From a virus: a DNA stretch of 34,917 nt. The translations under genes were made by a program, and so were the position numbers. How positions within the stretch are numbered: the first letter of the stretch is position 1; each line of letters begins with the position of its first letter. The stretch is taken from positions 1 to 34,917 of the IMG/VR virus record IMGVR_UViG_3300000227_000001, one strand, 5' to 3'. The notes under the pieces are model-generated. The model searched no databases. It was not told where the DNA came from and saw only the letters and a program-made list of their open reading frames with translations. Positions 31,878-34,917 of the stretch are shown one piece after another.

Positions 31878-33977
31878 TCAATATTTTGAGCCTTTCGAGC
31901 CGCTTTGTTTCTTCATCCAGTCATCGAGGTGCTTCACAGCAGCTTGCGGAGTCGCCGTCAACCACTGGTCCGCGTTGCGCACCGCGTAGTACCGGCCTTG
32001 CGATCCATCGTGAAGCCGCACCGGCTTGCCACCGCAGATTTGACGAACCCCGGCCCTAGCCAGCTCGCGACCAAGACCGTTGGCGGTCGTACCCGTCTTG
32101 CCGGTCGGGTCGTAGAACTGCAGCAGCTCCTTCGACGTGAACAGGTCCTTGCCAACCACAACGTCGCCGACACGCAGAACAAAGTCAGGAGACGCCATGA
32201 GGCTTCGCACCCAGCCGGCCAGATCAGACTGCATGTTCGCGATCATGCGCTCCTTGGCCATGGTCTTGAAGGCCGGGGCTGCTGGGTTGAAGTCGCCGAG
32301 GTCCAGGTTCAGCAGGTAGTCGAACACGGCAGCCGATCCTCCGGTGTCCAACCAGAGGTCGTACTCCATGTAGAACGCTTCGTCCATCGGCCCTACCTGC
32401 ACCTCATGGATGAAGAACCGCCGGTCATCGTCTTCAAGGAAAAACGAGTCCGGGTGGTTGGCCGTAAAGAAGTAGTTGATGCAGTCAGGCACCACGTAGG
32501 TTGGGACATACTTACCGTTGACACGGAGATCGCGCTGGGTGATGAGCTTCTTGAGGAAGTCAGCATCTTGCCGCTTGTTCGATCCGGTCACGTCGTCGCC
32601 CATAACAAACTGACGGCCCTCAGCCCACTCGTTGAAGCTGCTGTGCAGGTCCATCTGGCTGATCTCGGTGAAGTTCTGGCCATAAATCCTACCCAAGGTG
32701 TAGCCGATCAGCGACTTACCAGTGCCGTGCTTGATGCCGTGGATGACGACCGAGCTGAACAGCTTGACGCCTGGGTGCTGCAGCGGGTACGCGCACCACT
32801 TGAGAAACCAGTCCTTGGCTTTAGGTTCGGCACCGGTGAAGATGTGGTCAACGAGCTGCAAGAACAAGCTGACGTCGCCCTTAACTGGCTCAACACCCCA
32901 ACCCGGCCAGATGTTGTACATCGGTAGCGGGCCATCGATGAACTTGTCGCGGCCTGGTTGGTAGGTGAGTTTAGCCACCTCAGTACGCAACGGCCAGCGG
33001 AGCCAAGCCTGGGCGGCTGGCACGGTAGTGAAGCTCACTGAACCGTCGGCCTTGAGCTTCCGCTCCTGGTAGTTGCGGGTGGCTTCAAGGTGGCCGGTGA
33101 AAGCGTTGGGCGTTGACTTGAAGGCCGTCTGCTGGTCAATGATCAGACCCGGGTTCTGCACGTAGACGTACTTCTGATTGAGCGCCCAGAGGGGACGAGT
33201 CAGCCCCAGGGGCTCAGCCTCAGCCAGCAGGTTCCGGAACATCTGGTTGGCAGTCGGCCCGGCGTGCACGAGGAAGTCATCCAAGCCGACCTTCTCCAGA
33301 CCCTCAAGGGCGGGCAGCGAGACAATGTGGGCGAAGGCACCTCGGCGATGAAGCTCCTCAGCCAGCTCATGCAAAGCCGCGCAGACCATGGGGTTGGTGG
33401 TGTAATCCGAGTCGAAGCAGATGTAGACGTTGCGCTTCACCCACCGAACAGGCTCGAGGCTGGGAAGCCAGTCAAGACCCAGCTTGCGGCTGCGCCAATT
33501 ATAAACTCCACCGATACCGATGGTGGGGAACCCCTCCTTGCAGGCCTTGGCCGACTTCAGCTCGCCTTCTGTGATGATCAGTGGCCGATCGACGTCCTCA
33601 ACCAACTCAGCCCATGCTTGGTTGGCTGGGAAATAGGCAACAGGAGCTGTGTTGGGCTCCTGCGCGTAGCGTAGCGGTTTCTTGTTAGCCAGTGAGGCGA
33701 AGTCAGCGCCTGTCTCGAGATACCGCAGCCGGTAGAACGGCTTGGACCCAGGCCAGTCAGCCAGAGGTTCCCCATCGATGCCGAAGTAGTCGAGGCGCAG
33801 ACTGCAAAGCGGCTTGAAAGCTGGGTGGAGGGCGGCCGTCTGCTCGCCGCTAAGGAACGTCATGCCGAGGATATTGGCATCCTCGATGGTGAGGCCAGAT
33901 GAGGCTAACTTTGCTTCACCCAGGCTGAATGCTTTTGAATTAGTAACTGCTGGTTTCTTCTTGGTTGTCCGTGCCAT
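31878..33977 (-). CDS. Bifunctional DNA primase / SF3 helicase (TOPRIM plus P4/D5-type NTPase)
   Basis: TOPRIM motifs are LIITEGELKSAK and ICFDSDY. The Walker A motif is HGIKHGTGKS. The protein is 699 aa. Confidence 0.9.
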   Translation of the reverse strand: MARTTKKKPAVTNSKAFSLGEAKLASSGLTIEDANILGMTFLSGEQTAALHPAFKPLCSLRLDYFGIDGEPLADWPGSKPFYRLRYLETGADFASLANKKPLRYAQEPNTAPVAYFPANQAWAELVEDVDRPLIITEGELKSAKACKEGFPTIGIGGVYNWRSRKLGLDWLPSLEPVRWVKRNVYICFDSDYTTNPMVCAALHELAEELHRRGAFAHIVSLPALEGLEKVGLDDFLVHAGPTANQMFRNLLAEAEPLGLTRPLWALNQKYVYVQNPGLIIDQQTAFKSTPNAFTGHLEATRNYQERKLKADGSVSFTTVPAAQAWLRWPLRTEVAKLTYQPGRDKFIDGPLPMYNIWPGWGVEPVKGDVSLFLQLVDHIFTGAEPKAKDWFLKWCAYPLQHPGVKLFSSVVIHGIKHGTGKSLIGYTLGRIYGQNFTEISQMDLHSSFNEWAEGRQFVMGDDVTGSNKRQDADFLKKLITQRDLRVNGKYVPTYVVPDCINYFFTANHPDSFFLEDDDRRFFIHEVQVGPMDEAFYMEYDLWLDTGGSAAVFDYLLNLDLGDFNPAAPAFKTMAKERMIANMQSDLAGWVRSLMASPDFVLRVGDVVVGKDLFTSKELLQFYDPTGKTGTTANGLGRELARAGVRQICGGKPVRLHDGSQGRYYAVRNADQWLTATPQAAVKHLDDWMKKQSGSKGSKY

Positions 33978-34158
33978 TTAGTATGTATCTCCGGTTGTCA
34001 ACTGTGCGTTTTGCGTCGCCCCTCAGCGCGTTGCGACGTTCCACATGCTCAGCCATGAAGAAAGGTGTCAGACCGACCAATTCTTGCTGAGGGAATTTGC
34101 ACCACCGGAGATTCCCAGAAGGGAAAGAGGAGGAACACAGCCGGTCTGACGCTTAGAA

Positions 34159-34187
34159 TCTTATCGCACTCAACTTCGACTGTAAAT
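34159..34187 (-). promoter_or_regulatory. Sigma70-like promoter (TTTACA-N17-TAAGAT) giving a ~175-nt structured leader for the primase gene
   Basis: Read on the minus strand: TTTACA (34187-34182), a 17-nt spacer and TAAGAT (34164-34159). Confidence 0.55.
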
Positions 34188-34193
34188 AGCTGA

Positions 34194-34586
34194 CTAGAGC
34201 CGCTCGATTGTGATGATCTTATCATCATCAACTATGCAGTCATAACGTCCTTTACCTTTGCTGAGATAGACAGCCAGCGTAGCAGGCGTCTTCTTGATAA
34301 GCTCAGCCGCCTCCCCAGTTGTACAAAGAACTGAGCCGCCCCCTTGCCATGTAACGCGGCAATTTGGGTTCTGTGCTCGAGCCTCGACGGTAGCCCGCGC
34401 TTTGCCTCCTGGCGCCCAGGCAGCTTTACGGCGGTCAACAAAGAGGTCATCTGTGGAACCTACATAGGTCTGCAATCGAATGATCTGGTCTGCCACTTCT
34501 TGGCGCTTGGATGCTTGGATGGCGCTCACAACATCAAATAGATCCTTGATGAGTTGTGGGTCAGGCTTCTTGTCAGTCTTTTTCAT
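34194..34586 (-). CDS. Hypothetical early protein (130 aa), first gene of the leftward arm
   Basis: ATG at 34586 (MKKTDKKPDP...). The upstream 65 codons of the track ORF run into the noncoding control region. I saw no clear SD. Confidence 0.6.
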   Translation of the reverse strand: MKKTDKKPDPQLIKDLFDVVSAIQASKRQEVADQIIRLQTYVGSTDDLFVDRRKAAWAPGGKARATVEARAQNPNCRVTWQGGGSVLCTTGEAAELIKKTPATLAVYLSKGKGRYDCIVDDDKIITIERL

Positions 34587-34625
34587 TTCGGAATCTTTAG
34601 GAAGTTGTCTGGAAGATTCTACGTT

Positions 34626-34654
34626 AAACTTTGCTGGAAGTACATAGCCGAGTA
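34626..34654 (-). promoter_or_regulatory. Weaker candidate early promoter (TGTACT-N17-TAGAAT)
   Basis: Read on the minus strand: TAGAAT (34631-34626), with TGTACT 17 nt upstream, about 40 nt before the 34586 start. Confidence 0.35.
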
Positions 34655-34746
34655 GGCACGGAGAGCGAACGCGGAGCCGCGTGGGCCCCGGCCGCCAGAG
34701 GCCCCAGAAGGTCCCAGAGGCGTTTTGCACAGCAGGTAATAGGGTG

Positions 34747-34917
34747 ACTAGGGTCTGATGCTCTGAGGAGCCCAGAATCAATCCTAGGGCCTCTCGGGCC
34801 CATGCCGAGCCGATGTTGGGCGGCCTCGGCCCATGCCGAGCCGATGTTGGGCGGCCCTTGCTACAGAAGCTGCTACAGCTACAGTCGTTTTCCTATTCTC
34901 CTCTTAAAAACTCATTA
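34747..34917. repeat. Right copy of the 171-bp terminal redundancy
   Basis: Identical to 1-171. Confidence 0.95.

Noticed and set aside
33975-34001. A perfect TTGACA at 33996-34001 (minus strand), just upstream of the primase start
   Set aside because: The only -10-like hexamer (TAAATG) lies 15 nt away and includes the start codon itself. The better promoter at 34159-34187 already accounts for primase transcription.
34049-34231. 60-aa minus-strand ORF in the gap between the first early gene and the primase
   Set aside because: It overlaps the end of the 34194-34586 gene, has no RBS, and gives a low-complexity translation. The region is better explained as a structured 5' leader.
1-34917. 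tRNA, rRNA and other classical RNA genes, integrase/attP, and DGR or retron elements
   Set aside because: I recognised no cloverleaf-like sequence, reverse transcriptase, recombinase motif or template/variable repeat pair while reading the intergenic regions and ORF translations. Absence is based on visual inspection only.

Overview
The window looks like a complete podovirus-type phage genome of about 34.75 kb. Bases 1-171 are identical to 34747-34917, so the ends are either a direct terminal repeat or a circular-assembly overlap.

The genome has two convergent arms that meet at a bidirectional terminator near 18.8 kb.

The plus-strand arm (609-18773) is a P22-like morphogenesis and lysis module. 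It encodes small and large terminase, a P22-type portal, scaffold and P22-type coat. It also has gp4-like and gp10-like tail adaptor proteins, three gp7/gp20/gp16-sized ejection proteins, and a tailspike with a P22-like head-binding N-terminus and a beta-helix body. An M15 peptidase endolysin and a 3-TM holin complete it.

The minus-strand arm (34586 down to 18885) is the early, replication and nucleotide-metabolism module. It encodes a TOPRIM/SF3 primase-helicase, family A DNA polymerase, Cas4-like nuclease, DEDD exonuclease, VRR-NUC nuclease and SNF2 ATPase. It also carries a mini-DnaJ and two paralogous AKP-rich proteins.

I recognised no phage RNA polymerase, integrase, repressor, tRNA or CRISPR array. 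Transcription appears to run from a family of sigma70-like promoters of the form T(T/A)TAC(A/G)-N17-TAnnAT.

The most interesting element is the five-gene operon at the distal end of the early arm (18885-22259). It contains a SAM methyltransferase, a MazG-like NTP pyrophosphatase, a dNMP-kinase domain fused to a UDG-like domain, a ThyA-family enzyme, and a dCMP deaminase. The ThyA-family enzyme has Asp at the pyrimidine-specificity position, as in T4 dCMP hydroxymethylase. This predicts a cytosine-modified genome, possibly with a further undescribed elaboration.

Other notable items:
- A SET-domain methyltransferase sits inside the virion module.
- The roughly 770-bp divergent control region holds two perfect 165-bp repeats, each a long imperfect palindrome around an AT-rich core.
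- The primase gene has a structured 5' leader.

All homology statements come from motif recognition by eye and from memory, not from searches.
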